Shown: positions 27,601-40,560, numbered from the whole stretch's first letter. The stretch is DNA of 61,813 nt, filler included, from Choristocarpus tenellus KU-1152 (GCA_964200185.2; 8 parts of 8 records of this genome joined end to end with filler, not necessarily neighbours in it), one strand, 5' to 3'. A program made the numbers and translations. The notes: generated by a model from the sequence alone, not told the origin.

Positions 27601-28010
27601 TGCTTTGTAGGTAGAGTGATTCTATGTGTATCATCCCAGGAGCAGGCAAGAGGCAGCGGTCCCTCCTCTCTCCCCCTTCATAGGCACACTCTGCCTATAT
27701 TGTTGACCATGTGTGAATATTTTTGTTTTTAGAGTTGAAGTTTGGTGTGTGAAGTCCAACAGTACAGTTTTCAGATGCGCATTCAAGGTTTACTGCCTAA
27801 TAACATCATGTCTCATCCATGAGCCCTAACCCATTTCATCAGTACCACTTAATGCCATTCACTGCCCATTCATGCCAATTTTACCCCATTCAGAACCCCG
27901 TTGATGCCAAAACATACTCCCTGGGCACTTCATTCAAACTTATTCCCAATTAACATCATGAAGTTTTTTTGGGGTGGGTGGGTGGGAGTGAGGGTTAGTT
28001 AGGGTTAGAG
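24241..28010. repeat. Cluster of short interstitial telomeric (TTAGGG/CCCTAA)2-4 tracts
   Basis: Tracts occur near 24241, 25002, 25100, 25407, 25604, 25994, 26030, 26199, 26552, 26959, 27068, 27155-27185, 27823 and 27992, in both orientations. Confidence 0.85.
25860..27420 (-). mobile_element. Gypsy pol relic peppered with telomeric tracts
   Basis: KKASVFTNQTPKSA..CLPI and MDQLEFLHLPFGI (about 26290-26410) mirror the RT motifs AKVFSKLDLKSAYHQ.PI and GQFEFLRMPFGL. Confidence 0.5.
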
Positions 28011-28805
28011 CTGTTTGCACTATTTACACACTATTNNNNNNNNNNNNNNNNNNNNNNNNNNNNNNNNNNNNNNNNNNNNTTAATTAATTAANNNNNNNNN
28101 NNNNNNNNNNNNNNNNNNNNNNNNNNNNNNNNNNNAACCATTCTAGTACAATGATTGATATACCCCCCCCCTCTCCTTTCATCCCCCTTCAATTGGTATC
28201 CTTCTTGACACACTCCGAGTCCTCATACCTGCACCACTTACCCATCTACATGTTGAAAATTTCTACTTCTGTGAAGCACGCAGTTGAGTACCTTTCCGTC
28301 TTTGGTGGTCTAACTAGATATCTCGTAACTGGAAACTCAAGTTCTATCCTCTTTCGGCCAACCCTCGCCCTGCCGCCCATCCCCACCCGTACAAGTCCTC
28401 CTTGAATTCCCTACCTATCCGGACCTCTCTCTGTTTCCTTTCCTCATCCCTGTACTCTGTTCTCTCTGACCACCCCCATGGGCTGTCATACCTGGCTCCA
28501 CTTTCCTTCCCCTGAGAAACTAATCCCCGGTCTATGTAAATCCCCTCTGACCTCCCCATTTCCCGCTAGTCTACCCAAGCAGCACCCCATCCCTGGCGTA
28601 ATCCCAACAAGGCAGACTCGCGGGACCTATGACCCTCCATTCTTTCCTTCTACATAGATTTGGAGTAAAAATTGACATGCTCAAACCAGCTAGTCTCCGG
28701 TGAACTATCCTTGGGGTATGTTATATTGTGCTCGCATAAGGTCGCTTAAAGTCGTTGTTGGGTTCTATCACTTGTGGCTATGCCTCCTCACACTTGGTAC
28801 CCCAA

Positions 28806-29064
28806 GAGTTAAAGTATCAAAGAGGGTAGGTCCACGTCCATTTGAGGAACAAAATCCAAAGTTGCGATTTAGATGTAATTTTGGCTATCGTGTTTGCTAG
28901 TAAGGGGCAATATCCTTGATCCGGACACAACTTTGCATAACGTATACATTTTACCTACCCCGAAATATTTTGGAGTAGGAAAATGTAAAAAAACAATACA
29001 TGGGAAGCCAAGCCCCAAACGGACAAACAGGGCAACACTCGTACCCTCTAAGATTCTTTCACTC
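28806..29064 (+). mobile_element. MITE family A copy, TSD CCAA
   Basis: ccaa|gagttaaagtatc...gattctttcactc|ccaa, with internal hairpin cctaccccgaaatattttggagtagg. Confidence 0.85.
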
Positions 29065-29104
29065 CCAATTCTTGGCTACCCACATACTCCTGGATATAGT
29101 TGGG

Positions 29105-29826
29105 GATGGAATCAGTGATACTGAATGCTTTGACGGGTTTCGGCTGATTTTGATTAGGGATTTTCAGAAGTCTACCCCCCCCCCTCTCTGTACGTTCTTA
29201 AACTTCTCCTACCTTGGAAGGCTGTTGGACATCACCTCCATCCAATGTCTGGGCCGTACCTGTATTCTCGAGTTCACATTCCCACCCCTAGTCTGGGATC
29301 AACCCATTGCTCAAACATTGTTCATGCACCCTCCTTAGCATTGCCTTGCATAATCTGGTAAAGGCTAGCCTGGATGGGTTCTGTAAGGACTAGAACGTGT
29401 AACGTGCATGTATTAGTCTAGATCAGTCTTTCTTTCTTCCTTCCTTCCTTCCTTCCTTCCTTTCTTCAATGTATACTGCTTGACAGTTTGAGATGGAATC
29501 TGTAATACTGAATGCTTTGACACGGTTCCAGCTGATTTTTATTAGAAATTTCGTAATTCTATACCTCCCCCCACCCCCACCCCCGCCCCCCTCTGTACGT
29601 TCTTAAACTTGTCTTACCTTGGAATGCTGTTGGGGATCACCTCCATCCAATTTCTGTGCCGTACCTGTGTTCTGAAGTTCACATTCCCACCCCTAGTCAG
29701 GAATCAATCCATTGCTCAAACCATGCACCCTCCTCAGCATTGCCTTGCGCAATCTGGTACAGACTGGTCTGGATGGGTTCCGTAAGGACTAGAGCATGAT
29801 ATTTGCATGTATTAGTCTAGATCAGT
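29105..29826 (+). repeat. Tandem duplication of about 330 bp separated by a (ttcc)n-containing spacer
   Basis: gatggaatc...attagtctagatcagt occurs at about 29105-29427 and about 29492-29826. Confidence 0.9.
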
Positions 29827-30014
29827 TGTAGTTGCCAGTGAGTTGACTAGGACGTGATATTTTCATAGCTCCATTATGTACTTAGGATCAGCAAAGTGTG
29901 CATTTTTCTGAGATGGTTCAGGGCTCATCTAAACAATCTGCATCTCCCTAAACAATCATATGTCAATAAAAATACAAGTGTGTATATATATATATATTTT
30001 TTTATTTAATTGAA

Positions 30015-30273
30015 GAGTGAAAGTATTCTAGAGGGTACGAGTTTTGCCCTGTTTGTCCGTTTGGGGCTTGGTTTCTCACGGGTTTCATTTATGACGTTTT
30101 TCCTACTCCAAAATGTTTCGGAGTAGGTAAATGTATACGTGATGAAAAGGTGCGTGTGGAACAACGATATTGACACTTCCTGACAAACACAATAACCAAA
30201 ATTACATTAAAAACTCAACATTGGATTCTGGCCCCCAAACGGACGCGCCTCTACCCTCTAGATACTTTGACTC
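30015..30273 (-). mobile_element. MITE family A copy (inverted)
   Basis: tgaa|gagtgaaagtattctagagggta...taccctctagatactttgactc|ttaa. Confidence 0.85.
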
Positions 30274-32399
30274 TTAACAATGAGGGGAATGTAGGATATT
30301 ATTCATATATCTTCCTTTCAATTGAACACATCCATTTCCATTCCTTGTGCAACTCAAACTGTTGGAGACGTTCATGTTCATGCCGTACCATCGTATCTGA
30401 TTAGCCCCACTATTATGACCTGAATTTCCCTCCCCCCGCTCCTTTTATTGACTTGAAGTGATGATCCCACTATTGGGCACTATACCTTCTTTCGTCACTT
30501 TCCTTCACTGTCGTGACTTGTTAATGATTGTAGAAAAGATACCCACTAATCCTCCTTAAACAGTCATACATCGTAGTCCCAATCCCTACTCTTTTTTCTT
30601 CCAGCAATCTAAAGACCTCAAATGTAACCTACCATGGTATGTAGTAGCCCTTTATTCACAAGGCTATCTCAAATTTGTAAGCAGGGTGGTGCAGGAGTAC
30701 GATTAATCATCCCCCTCCCCCTCTCTTTACATTGGTGTGCCCCTCTTTACATGCCTATTTTCCAAAATGATGCTATCGCCCAGTCCATTTCTTTTAACTA
30801 TCGCATCTCGTTTCTAATCTCCATATCGCCGACTATGCATCTATTGCCAATCCCCAATTCTTACTATCGTGGCATTCACTCCACCAAAGATTCCCACCAA
30901 CCACGTGTCCTCTTCCAGTACTCTGAAATATCTATACAGGCCTTCGTATTTGCTTTGTTTCTTATACCACGTTACCTCCCAGCTTGTAGCTATGCTGCAT
31001 AAACTCTATGACTACCCGTATTGGCGTAACCATTGATTCACAGGGTGCCTACACCTAATAAACGTCCCATTACTAGCCTCGTACCTTCCACGCGTGACCC
31101 TTGAATGGGGTGGTCCCCTCTACATCATCCTACGATGAGCCCACGGTGTTCGATTTTTTCTTGCCATGTAGGTTGGGGTGAACGATATAGGCAGCGGAAA
31201 ACAACCCACGCACTCTATTACTGATTGGTATAGGTTTGATATCTGCCTCAGCTCTAGATTTCAAGCAATATCCAAGCTGCACCTACTCTACAAGATTGTT
31301 GCAGGTACACTACTCCTACCCTGACCCATTATCTTTTCTTTTTATGGAGCTCCATGGGATAACCATGTTTGTGACGTAAACGGCGCACTCTACCACTCGT
31401 CCCCGTCTACCCCTTAAACTGTAACTCTGACAAGACCCTCGACCATTTTCTGTTCTGCTATGTGTATCAACCTATAAAGTATTTGCGTTTGAAACCTACA
31501 GTATTATCATGTACTTGCACCTCTGCCAGGACCACTACGTAGGAATCGGCCCGATTCATCATTTACGCATCTATCCTGTTTCGCTCCACCATAACATCGT
31601 GGTCCGTCCTTCGTTATTCCTTCTTCTATGGATTTCCCCGGATACCCCTTCTATTGTCTCAGAATCTACCCACTTCACCACACATGTCCCATTCCTACCA
31701 TACAATTATATTTGCAATGTTTTTCACCGTCATGATCATCACCCCCCTCGCCTTGTGGACGTTTCCCTATCATTTGTGTATCTATCTCATTCTCAAGCCC
31801 GCCTTTTACACAGGGCCTTTCTCTCTTTCAACTGTAGGAAAGATTGCTCGGATTCTGCCTCGATCTATTCCAACGAAAGCTTGCTCGGAGGTTGTCTTGT
31901 TCTAGCCCTCCTCGTCTTGTACCACCACCAGCCCTCACCACCAGCCCTCGGTTTTTTCTCCTTAGACACTGACCATTCCTTCTTACCTTGTGCTTCGACC
32001 TCCTACCTACCGACTTACCAACCACTTCTTTATCTTCTCTCCTGCCTCTTCTACCTCCTACCTAATCAATCACTCAGTAGTTGACTCTTCTTTCACCCCC
32101 CCCTTTGACTACGTTTTTTCTTTTGTCCTTGCTCACTTCTACCTCGCCTGTATCACATTACCACCAGAATTCGTGAGCAAAACAAAACCCCGATCGCTTC
32201 ATAAACTCTCCCCTTTCGTGTAGAGAACTATAGTGTGTACTCCAGGCCAATTGTTGGCCGATATCCACCTACAGACCATCGCTCTACCCCTGAGCCACTT
32301 CGAGACCGACCACGTCCTCCATTAGGATCTATTAATTACACACTTCCCTTCCATAGTATTGTCACATACAAGTCAGACAGAAATACGAGGAAAGAGGAG

Positions 32400-33200
32400 T
32401 CCTTCAATATCGACCAGAATTATTTTCGCGTGGATACGGTATTCCATTCTGGCAACCTGTCCAACGCAGCCACTGCTTCATAACGGGAAAATGTTCCCCT
32501 TCTGTATGTGGCCCTTGGAGAGATCAGCGGATCTTTTGACCCTCCTAGTTTGGCCAGGAGGGTGGTGAGCAAGTGACCAAGCTCAAGCGAGCTTCCTGGA
32601 GGCGTAGGGGGAGCTCGAGAGGGCATGAAAACAAGCGTACAGAGTCCAAAAAACGCAATTTTCAATTATGCAGTTCAGGGCTGGAAATACGATCAAATGG
32701 GTGTGGGCGCCTCCTTCACACCTATGTACACCACCAGGAAGTTGGAACAAAATTGTTGACCATTTGGACCGAACCGATTCCTACCAACACCTCTGAAAGG
32801 GTTCAACATAGAGGCCACCAGACAGAGCGCCTCCCAGCACATCCGCAAGAAATGCTAAGCAGGCTACTGAGAGAGCAAGCATTGACAATGAAATAGTGGA
32901 GCCGACACTACTTTGAAGTGCTTCTCAGTGACAAGTCAGTCAAACTCAGGGCTTTGACTGACAGACATACATGCAGCTCGCGGGATCAAACGAAACTGCA
33001 ATAGTTTGAAGAGTAGCGGACAGATAATTATTGCAGTGGATGTACGATTCTGGACGAGGAGCATTTTCGATACCTCGAAACGTATCTCGGAGAAGTTCGC
33101 AAGAGTGTCTGTCAGCACTACTACTACCGCCGGAGCTATTTGGTGAATCTTCCAAGAGGTTACATCTAATGTGTATTCCGGAATGTGTCCCTGCTGCACA
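32400..33200 (+). mobile_element. Gypsy integrase-like relic
   Basis: LLVWPGG and RGHQTERLPAHPQ resemble the F.WPGM and GI....T.AYHPQ integrase motifs. Heavily decayed. Confidence 0.4.
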
Positions 33201-33538
33201 TCCCTAAATCATATGCCAGTATCATTATTACCATAGAAGTATACTAGTAGCACAAAATAATTTATATAATATTCATAATAATACATTAAATGTTACTATG
33301 AACAGAGATGCTTGCACGATGTGAAGAGATACTGCCACCCCTACAAAGAAAATGTTCAAAACCGAACCGTTTGCAAGATAAACACGACCTCTTTCCCACC
33401 AACCCCCTCCAATTGGTTTCAAACCTACCTCCTTCCAGNNNNNNNNNNNNNNNNNNNNNNNNNNNNNNNNNNNNNNNNNNNNTTAATTAATTAANNNNNN
33501 NNNNNNNNNNNNNNNNNNNNNNNNNNNNNNNNNNNNNN

Positions 33539-33754
33539 GGGGTGGGGGGGGGGGGGGGGTGGTTCGGGGGGGGGGGGGGGGGGGGGGGGGTGTGGTGGCG
33601 GTCCATTTTGGGGTCGGTTTTTTTCTGTGTCACGATTTTTGGATGGTTTGGTTGTATATGTGGGATGGACATTGTAAGTGCACTTTTCCTGGTTATGGTC
33701 CAAATGGACACCCTGGTATAGACCCTTCCCTGCCCCCCACAGATACTTTGGGTC
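33539..33754 (-). mobile_element. MITE family B copy (G/C-run-flanked)
   Basis: Reverse-complement match to 40024-40183 and 57359-57540 (caccagggtgtccatttgg...aggaaaagtgca...aaaaatcg.gaca). It ends cagatactttgggtc, also seen at 51-65 and 17743-17757. Confidence 0.75.
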
Positions 33755-34536
33755 TCTCTATTTGTGTATGTGTGCGTGTATTATTTTCTTGTTGTGGAGT
33801 TGAATCTTTCTTAGATGATGGTTTGACTCCTGTGACTAGTGCTGTAGCATGTGCTTTATTTAAAGTGTCTTGTGTTTCAGTGTTGAATAGGGGGAAGGGA
33901 TTCTTTGTGTATCTCCTTGCTCTTATTTGTTGTTGCCTCAGGACTCCTCGGCATTTGCTTGGGACATTGTGTGGTTGAGCTTCAGGTCCTGCTGAGTTTA
34001 GTGCTGCTTCCGGGTGGATGAGGTGTTACAGTGGTAGAGTATGACTGTATACAAGTTATGGTGTGTACTTGCCTGTTAGGTGTTTTCCATTTTTGAGGTG
34101 TGTTGATGTACAGCCACTTCAAATAGTGTACTGATATATGTAGCTGTATGTGTGAAGAAGTGCTTGGTAAATGTACCTTGTCCATTTCAGGCCTATATGT
34201 TTTTCAATCTTGAGGGCATGCTTTAATGGTCGCATTAACTAGTGTTGAGAAAAGAGTGTTAAAAAATGTCACCTGATTGATCGTAGTCTGTTGTTTTCTT
34301 GCTTTTGAAAAGCAGAGGCTCTCACACTTTAAGGTCACCTATTTTGAACAGAATACTCACCTAACACATATCACTACTGACTCGATTCTGCATAGTAGAT
34401 CTTTTGCCTAGTATATATACCTACAGATACAATTTTCTTTCGTTCAAGGTTCGATCGAGTTTCCTGACTGGTACAAAGTATCCTTTTTTGCCACCTCCCC
34501 CTGACCTCCCCAACCCCTCTTGTTTGCGATGTGCAG

Positions 34537-34935
34537 GGCACTGTTGACTACATATTTTATGGAGCGGGACAAAGAGAGCCCTTGGCCTCCAGAGGGGATG
34601 AGCTGACGGAGACGATGAGATCACAAAGGGATCAGCAGGGTGAAGCTAAGCCAAACACAGTATCAAATGAAGAAGGGGAGGTGGAAAATTCAGGAGTTCT
34701 CACAGGGCAGGGTGGTGAAACAGAGGTGGGGCTAGACAAGATATCGAGTGCAAGAATGGGAGCAAGGAGAGTGAGGAGGCTGGGCAATATTTGTTGCCTC
34801 GGAGTGGTTGAGACTCCCCTTAAGGCGGAGCTGGGGCATTTTGAAGGTATTCCTTCTCCAATGGAGCCGTCTGACCATGTGCCCCTTGTTGCGCTGTTTG
34901 AGGTAACTCCCGGTACTCTTTTGTCAATTGATTGA
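34537..34935 (+). CDS. Terminal exon of an exonuclease/endonuclease/phosphatase (CCR4/nocturnin/Angel-like) protein
   Basis: Pyrimidine tract and tgcag acceptor, then GTVDYIFY...LGVVETP...GIPSPMEPSDHVPLVALFEV. The TVDYI and PSDH motifs are the C-terminal catalytic motifs of the EEP family. Confidence 0.8.
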   Translation, partial: GTVDYIFYGAGQREPLASRGDELTETMRSQRDQQGEAKPNTVSNEEGEVENSGVLTGQGGETEVGLDKISSARMGARRVRRLGNICCLGVVETPLKAELGHFEGIPSPMEPSDHVPLVALFEVTPGTLLSID

Positions 34936-35919
34936 TACCTCTTAGACAGATTTCTTGTGACTTCGTGTGGGATAAGGTGAAGTTGGAGTTTCTCTTGGTA
35001 CATCAAGTTAGTTTTATGTTTTGCTGTTAGGTGATAGAGAGATTCATGTGGTGTGTGCTGCTAAGAGCAGACTTTGTGTAGTGCTTCTGAGTGTATGTTG
35101 AAGTTAGTTCTAGCAATGTTATTAGGCAGAGGATCACACGGAAGAGTTCATTTCAGTCATGTGCTACCCCAGAAGATTTATTTTGTTCCTTTTGATTGTC
35201 AAGTTCTCATTATTTTTTGAATGAAGTAATTGACTTCCCCTGTCCTATGTGTGGATGTGGTATCATTTCACTGAGACAGAAGCTTGAGTATGTTGATGAG
35301 GTTCAACACCAATTTGGAGATATATCAACGGACTATCCAAAACCTGATTGTGCTAGCTTACACTGTAGCCTCACAAGCATCACCAGATCGATCCACGAAC
35401 TACCTAAAATTCTTCCTGGATGCATTTATCTATTTTGAAGCTTTGGAATCTACGCAGTGACAATAGTATCTTGTGGTAGTTTTAGGTTGGAATATGTTCT
35501 TAGGATCTTCAGCATTCCAACACACCTATGGCTGATTTTCAATGCCAAGTTGATGGGCCTCCACAGATTCTAGCCTTTGAAGGACCCATTTGAAACCTCT
35601 ATTCATAACTTTTGTTTAATAGTGAGGTAACGCCTACACCTAAGATGGGAACCAATTTAGGAAAGTAAATTTAGAATAACACCAATGATATTATCGTGGA
35701 TTAAGCTTAAACTCCCTCTGTCCCTCAAGTCTCTGCCGTTATGTTGTAGCTCTTCGAGATGGCCTCGTATTACATATTGTATTACATATTGATTACATAT
35801 TTTGAATTTTTGCATTGGATTCCTTTGAATGCTCTATACACATTGAACACAAAAAAATCAAAGAATTCTGTTCTGAAATGGTTCCAAAAGAATAGAACAC
35901 AGAATGGGGAATATTTGGC

Positions 35920-36290
35920 AGGCAAGGCATGGTATGGTGCAAAAGCTAATGCTGCAGGGAGGGAGGACGGATGTGAAATTAAGCTCATGACACAGCCAGC
36001 GCAGTTGCTGGATCTCAACCTCAACAATTTTAGTTTTTTTCGCATCCCTGAAGAGCAGGGTTTGGGCAGAGTGTTCTGGCACCAATGGTGACCTTGTAGA
36101 TGGGGTTAAGAGCAAGTTCCATGGGTACGACGCAGGAACTGTTAAAGAGGTACAATCAGATGTTAAGAACACTGGGGGGGAACGATTTTGATGTAGAGCA
36201 CATGGGATGAAAAAGAGGCAGCCGGAGGGCAGGTTAGACCGAGTTGCCTACAACGGGGCGCTGGATTGGTGGATTGATGTCGTTAAGTAA
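35920..36290 (+). mobile_element. Tc1/mariner transposase C-terminal relic
   Basis: DGCEIKLMTQPAQLLDLNLNNFSFF / SLKSRVW...DLVDGVKSKFHGYD...GGNDF matches the QP.nSPDLN.lDlgFF...GGN.f pattern of mariner-like transposases. Confidence 0.75.
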
Positions 36291-37499
36291 AGGTGAGACA
36301 TACTCAGTTGATGTATGTTTTAAGGAATCTAGAACAAAAACCCGTTTTGTAATTGGATGTCATCTCGAACAGCTACAACTTTACGGCACAGACTTCTGAG
36401 ATAGAGGGAGTATGTCAGAGTTATCATTTTCTCCGTCTTACTGATCTGTTGACTGCTCACTAGGTAGTCGGCTGGAATCTCCGATTTGTCAATAAATCGA
36501 TAAGCCACTGACAAAACAGCTATATTCACTTTCATGGAATGACCTTGAATATTTAAATTTATGTTTTTCTGACTGCGGAATAAACTATTTTGAAATTGTA
36601 CCAAAATTAATATGTGTTGGTGAAATAATCAGAGTTAGGACCTTAGAGTTTAGTCATCACTGTGATGGGACAGGGCTTTGAGCTGGCTCAGTAAGAAAGT
36701 TTTCTTAAAGTGGTGTATGTTGCAGGGCCAAGTTGTGGGACGGCTTTGGAATGATATTTTTGAAAGGGAAGAGTCATTTCCCAGTCTTAACCACACCAAG
36801 TTTCAAGGTTCAGGTCAGACTGGATGCTTTGGACATGAATTACAATATCACTCAAGATTCAGACCTGCAGAATGCCAAGGTCTAATAGCAGCATTTTACG
36901 TAAAATGTGTTAAATCGAAGTAGTCCTGGGTTGGTTCAGAGAATGCATTGCTTTTGAGTTGACTGGGCTGGGGAAAATGCGGTTTACATAGACCGGGTCA
37001 GGGCATGACAAAAGCGATGGACACTACAGGTGAACTATCCTTAGACCTTATCAGTCCCTAACTACCGGTTTGTGTACTTCATACAGTACATAAATACCAT
37101 CTACCATTAGATACATTTTGAAGGAAGTACGAACTGTTTCCCCTTTAGTTCAGTTGTGAATCGGCACTAATTGTATTTGGCTACATCCGACTAGTCATGA
37201 TTGACTGGTAAATTAATAATGTATTATCATTTGGTCATCCTGCGTGCACACACACCCTACAAAGGGTCCTGTTTTTATTGTGTGTGACGAAGTGTACATG
37301 CATGCATATGATGATATCACTTCTCTGGTGGTTCACTATTTGCATAACAGAGGAGACGGAAGATTGGCCCCTGCTCTAGGGGATCATAAGCTTGTAGGAT
37401 AAAGATAGGGATGGTGATCTGCATGATGGTCCTGAATGATTTGGTCGTGGATAAGCCTTTGTCAGGAGGTGCTATGCTTTCGAATCTTCAACAGAGTGT

Positions 37500-38720
37500 T
37501 GAAAGGCGGTAATGCTTACAAAACTGGAAGGGGAAACCCATTGGTGTAACAGTTCCGTGTACACAAGAGGTAGTAATAACTTGACAGCAATCTGTCTCCT
37601 CTGCATCAAACCCAAGCAGTGGGATTGTGCCAAAACCAAAAGAGGCACACCAAAGTCAATAACCAATCTCCTGCAAAACCTTGCCTGTGCTCTGGAAGGA
37701 CACAGGGTAGTTCTTGGAAAGTGCCATAAGAAAAGAGAAAGGGGGAAACATCTCACCTTATCACAGATAGTTTCAGAGTGGAGGACTATATTTCCTGGCT
37801 AACCAATCTGTGCTGATTTCTTCCAAGGAGATGGTGTCCTACACTCTATGCTCGACTTTTCTCACGCCCTCTCCAGGTACTACTGCATGACTTTGGTCTT
37901 TTTATACCAGGTATATTCGAGGCATGCAGAGAGCGTGCAAGCTGGTGGCTTTGACAATGTTCGTTTGTGGAAGCTCTCCAGTACATAGGCAGTCTCTGTT
38001 CTTCCCATGTGTACACATTGTTGGGTCTGATTTACTGTTGATAATCCTATTTTCTTTCAACTACCACTGTGGCAGTAGTGATAGTAGTAGTAGTACTTCT
38101 AAAGTAGTACTCCCTCCGTTTGGAATTAAATGTAACCTAACTTTTGCAAGCGCGGTTCTTGCCTGGGAACAACCCGCATGATAAACCAGGAGGCATAAAA
38201 AGTTTGAGATGGTGGACTGTCATGACTGTGGAGGATCGCCAATGCAAAGTCGACCAAGCTGCATTTCAGGGGTTCAAAAACCTCATGAAGCTTTCAAAGC
38301 AGGTAGTTATTGGAATGCCTAGGAAAAAGGCCCCCAGTCGTTTGGGCGAATCACTCATCCCGTTGTTGGCCTGTTGGTCCCAATTCTTCGACCCATAAGT
38401 CTGTCCGGGGTCATGAATCAAACACCTCGATAAAGAACAGAGTGGTGGTGAGGGGGGGACAGCCGCAGCCGTCACAAGGACTTCAGAGATCCCCGAATCA
38501 CTGTATTCTGTCATCTGTAAGATTATTGCAGTCAGGTCGCATGGGGTGAATGCATGGACCTTGTACGATGTTGCAAGGGGTGATGTGGCTGCCGTACAAG
38601 TATTCTTGACATTTCGGATGTCCCACTGGTTAACCGCACATCCTTCCAAAATGCGTGGCCAAAGCTGGGGTCTCTATTGCCTCATTGTGAGATCTGTGCA
38701 GGGTGCATCTGCGCAAAAAT
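37500..38720 (+). mobile_element. Possible hAT-like DNA transposon relic
   Basis: N-terminal AICLLC (BED-finger-like) and C-terminal ...WGLYCLIVRSVQGASAQ, resembling the hAT dimerisation WP.L..lA...l...asSa..ER region. Confidence 0.35.
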
Positions 38721-40023
38721 TGCCAATAATACTCAAATAAATGGAGCAACCATGTGTGATGAGTTGTGAAATTCGAGTGCAGAGTAGTCCAGAGAGATAG
38801 GGAGAGAGAGAGAGCAAGTGGTGGTACAAAAAGGAGACCAAATACGGTATTGTGCAGTTTCTCTCGGACACACTGCATATGAACTCCAGACACATAATTA
38901 GGTCTCATCCTGGATTGCTAATGATAGTTGATTTCTTTGTTTTGTATCCAGACTACTTCAACCCATCTGGCACCTGCCACACTATAGTGTACACTTACTG
39001 TGACAGATACAAACTGCAACCATCAATCAAGAAGCTACAAGTGCCTGCCATCCGCAATGCTCTATCATTGGAAGGAATAGAATAAACCAAATTCCAAAGC
39101 AATAACAAAACACGACTAGTTTTGTCCCGCACGTATCCCGTGCGTGGTCCGTCGCATTACACTCACAAAAGTTTGTGAATGGGTTCAGCACAGCAACCTC
39201 CGCCTACTAGTTTTCAACTATTACTAGTCACCAAAATCCCATTTAAAAGACACTGGGACAACATGGGAAGAAAGATTACACAAAAAAAAAACGAAACTAA
39301 AATAAACAACTACTGGAGTAAATCAGAAAAAAAAAGAACAAGGGAAGCACGGACAAATAGAGTGTAACAACTTTGCACGCACTGATAACACACCGCTCTT
39401 CTTCTGGACACATGACATTGCTCAGAGTAATGTATGCTCCACATAGCTACAACCCCTCTCGTGGAGAGCACACAGGCAAGGAATATGCACACTTGGAACC
39501 ATACAATAATTTCCACCCATATCGTAAAGGAAGTCAAGTATCATAGGCTGGTCCATCCTTTTGCACTCTAACTACTCCACAGCAGGCATTTTCTCAATCA
39601 TGCTGCCACAAAACTATCAACAAAAAAAAAAGAAGGCAAATCTTAGTACTAATACTCATCAGATAGGGCAGTTGGACACACAACTTCTTTCTCCTGCCTC
39701 CCATCTAGCAACAGTCGCCACTGCCGTTGTGCTCAGGTTTTGTAGTATACACAATTTTACATGTTACATACACACTGTGCCTGGGGGAAAAATAATTTCT
39801 TTTTTATATTCTCATCCTCTTCCTTCTACTGCCTCTCTCCATCAAGCACCAACATCAAGATTGAAGATATGAGGTAGAATGAAAGATAGATGAAGGGGGC
39901 CTACTAACAATGAAAAAGACACCNNNNNNNNNNNNNNNNNNNNNNNNNNNNNNNNNNNNNNNNNNNNTTAATTAATTAANNNNNNNNNNNNNNNNNNNNN
40001 NNNNNNNNNNNNNNNNNNNNNNN

Positions 40024-40183
40024 GAGGGAGGTGTACTACACCAGGGTGTCCATTTGGGTCCAAATAAGGAAAATTGCATTTACATTATCCATCAGACGTA
40101 TGCAACCAAATCACCCAAAAATCGCGACATAAAAAAAAAGACCCCAAATGGACAGCCGCCACTACCCTCCAGACACTTTGAGC
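40024..40183 (+). mobile_element. MITE family B copy
   Basis: Near-identical core to 57394-57540. It ends ccagacactttgagc. Confidence 0.75.
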
Positions 40184-40428
40184 AATAAAAGGAATTATTT
40201 ATGATTTTATGGCTTGCTGGATGCCCCACTTAGCTTTAATCAAACATTCTATAGACATCAAGCAATCTCCCTGGGTTTGTCACCTTTATTCTTTTGGATG
40301 ATTTTGGCAATACTTTAACAGGTTTCCTAACTTCATCCTACTACATTTTGACAGATGTTAGGGCCCCATCTGCTAACCTGATTAATTCCTCAATCATGTC
40401 GCCATACCCCCCATAGAGGCATGTTGGT

Positions 40429-40560
40429 ATGGCAAAGGTGCAGAGGACAATGATCAGGTTGGACGATAACTACCCACAGTCTTGTGCTGCGGTTGTTACT
40501 ATGCACAAGGCACAGAGGCAGACAATGCCCAATATCATCATACATAAAAATATATTATTC
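40429..40560 (+). mobile_element. Helitron/PIF1 helicase motif relic
   Basis: VQRTMIRL...AAVVTMHKAQRQTMPNIII matches the PIF1-type R.Q.PL..A.A.TiHKaQGqT motif. Confidence 0.55.

Noticed and set aside
27611-27619. GTAGAGTGA as the last exon of the TPR gene
   Set aside because: A good-looking acceptor but only two codons, and no way to verify without transcripts.
31509-32084. Longest ORF (191 aa) as a protein-coding gene
   Set aside because: Pyrimidine-biased sequence with no recognisable motif. It is more likely the antisense of a decayed retroelement.
39630-39680. CTGATGAG on the minus strand as a hammerhead core
   Set aside because: No GAAA after a stem II and no supporting stems.
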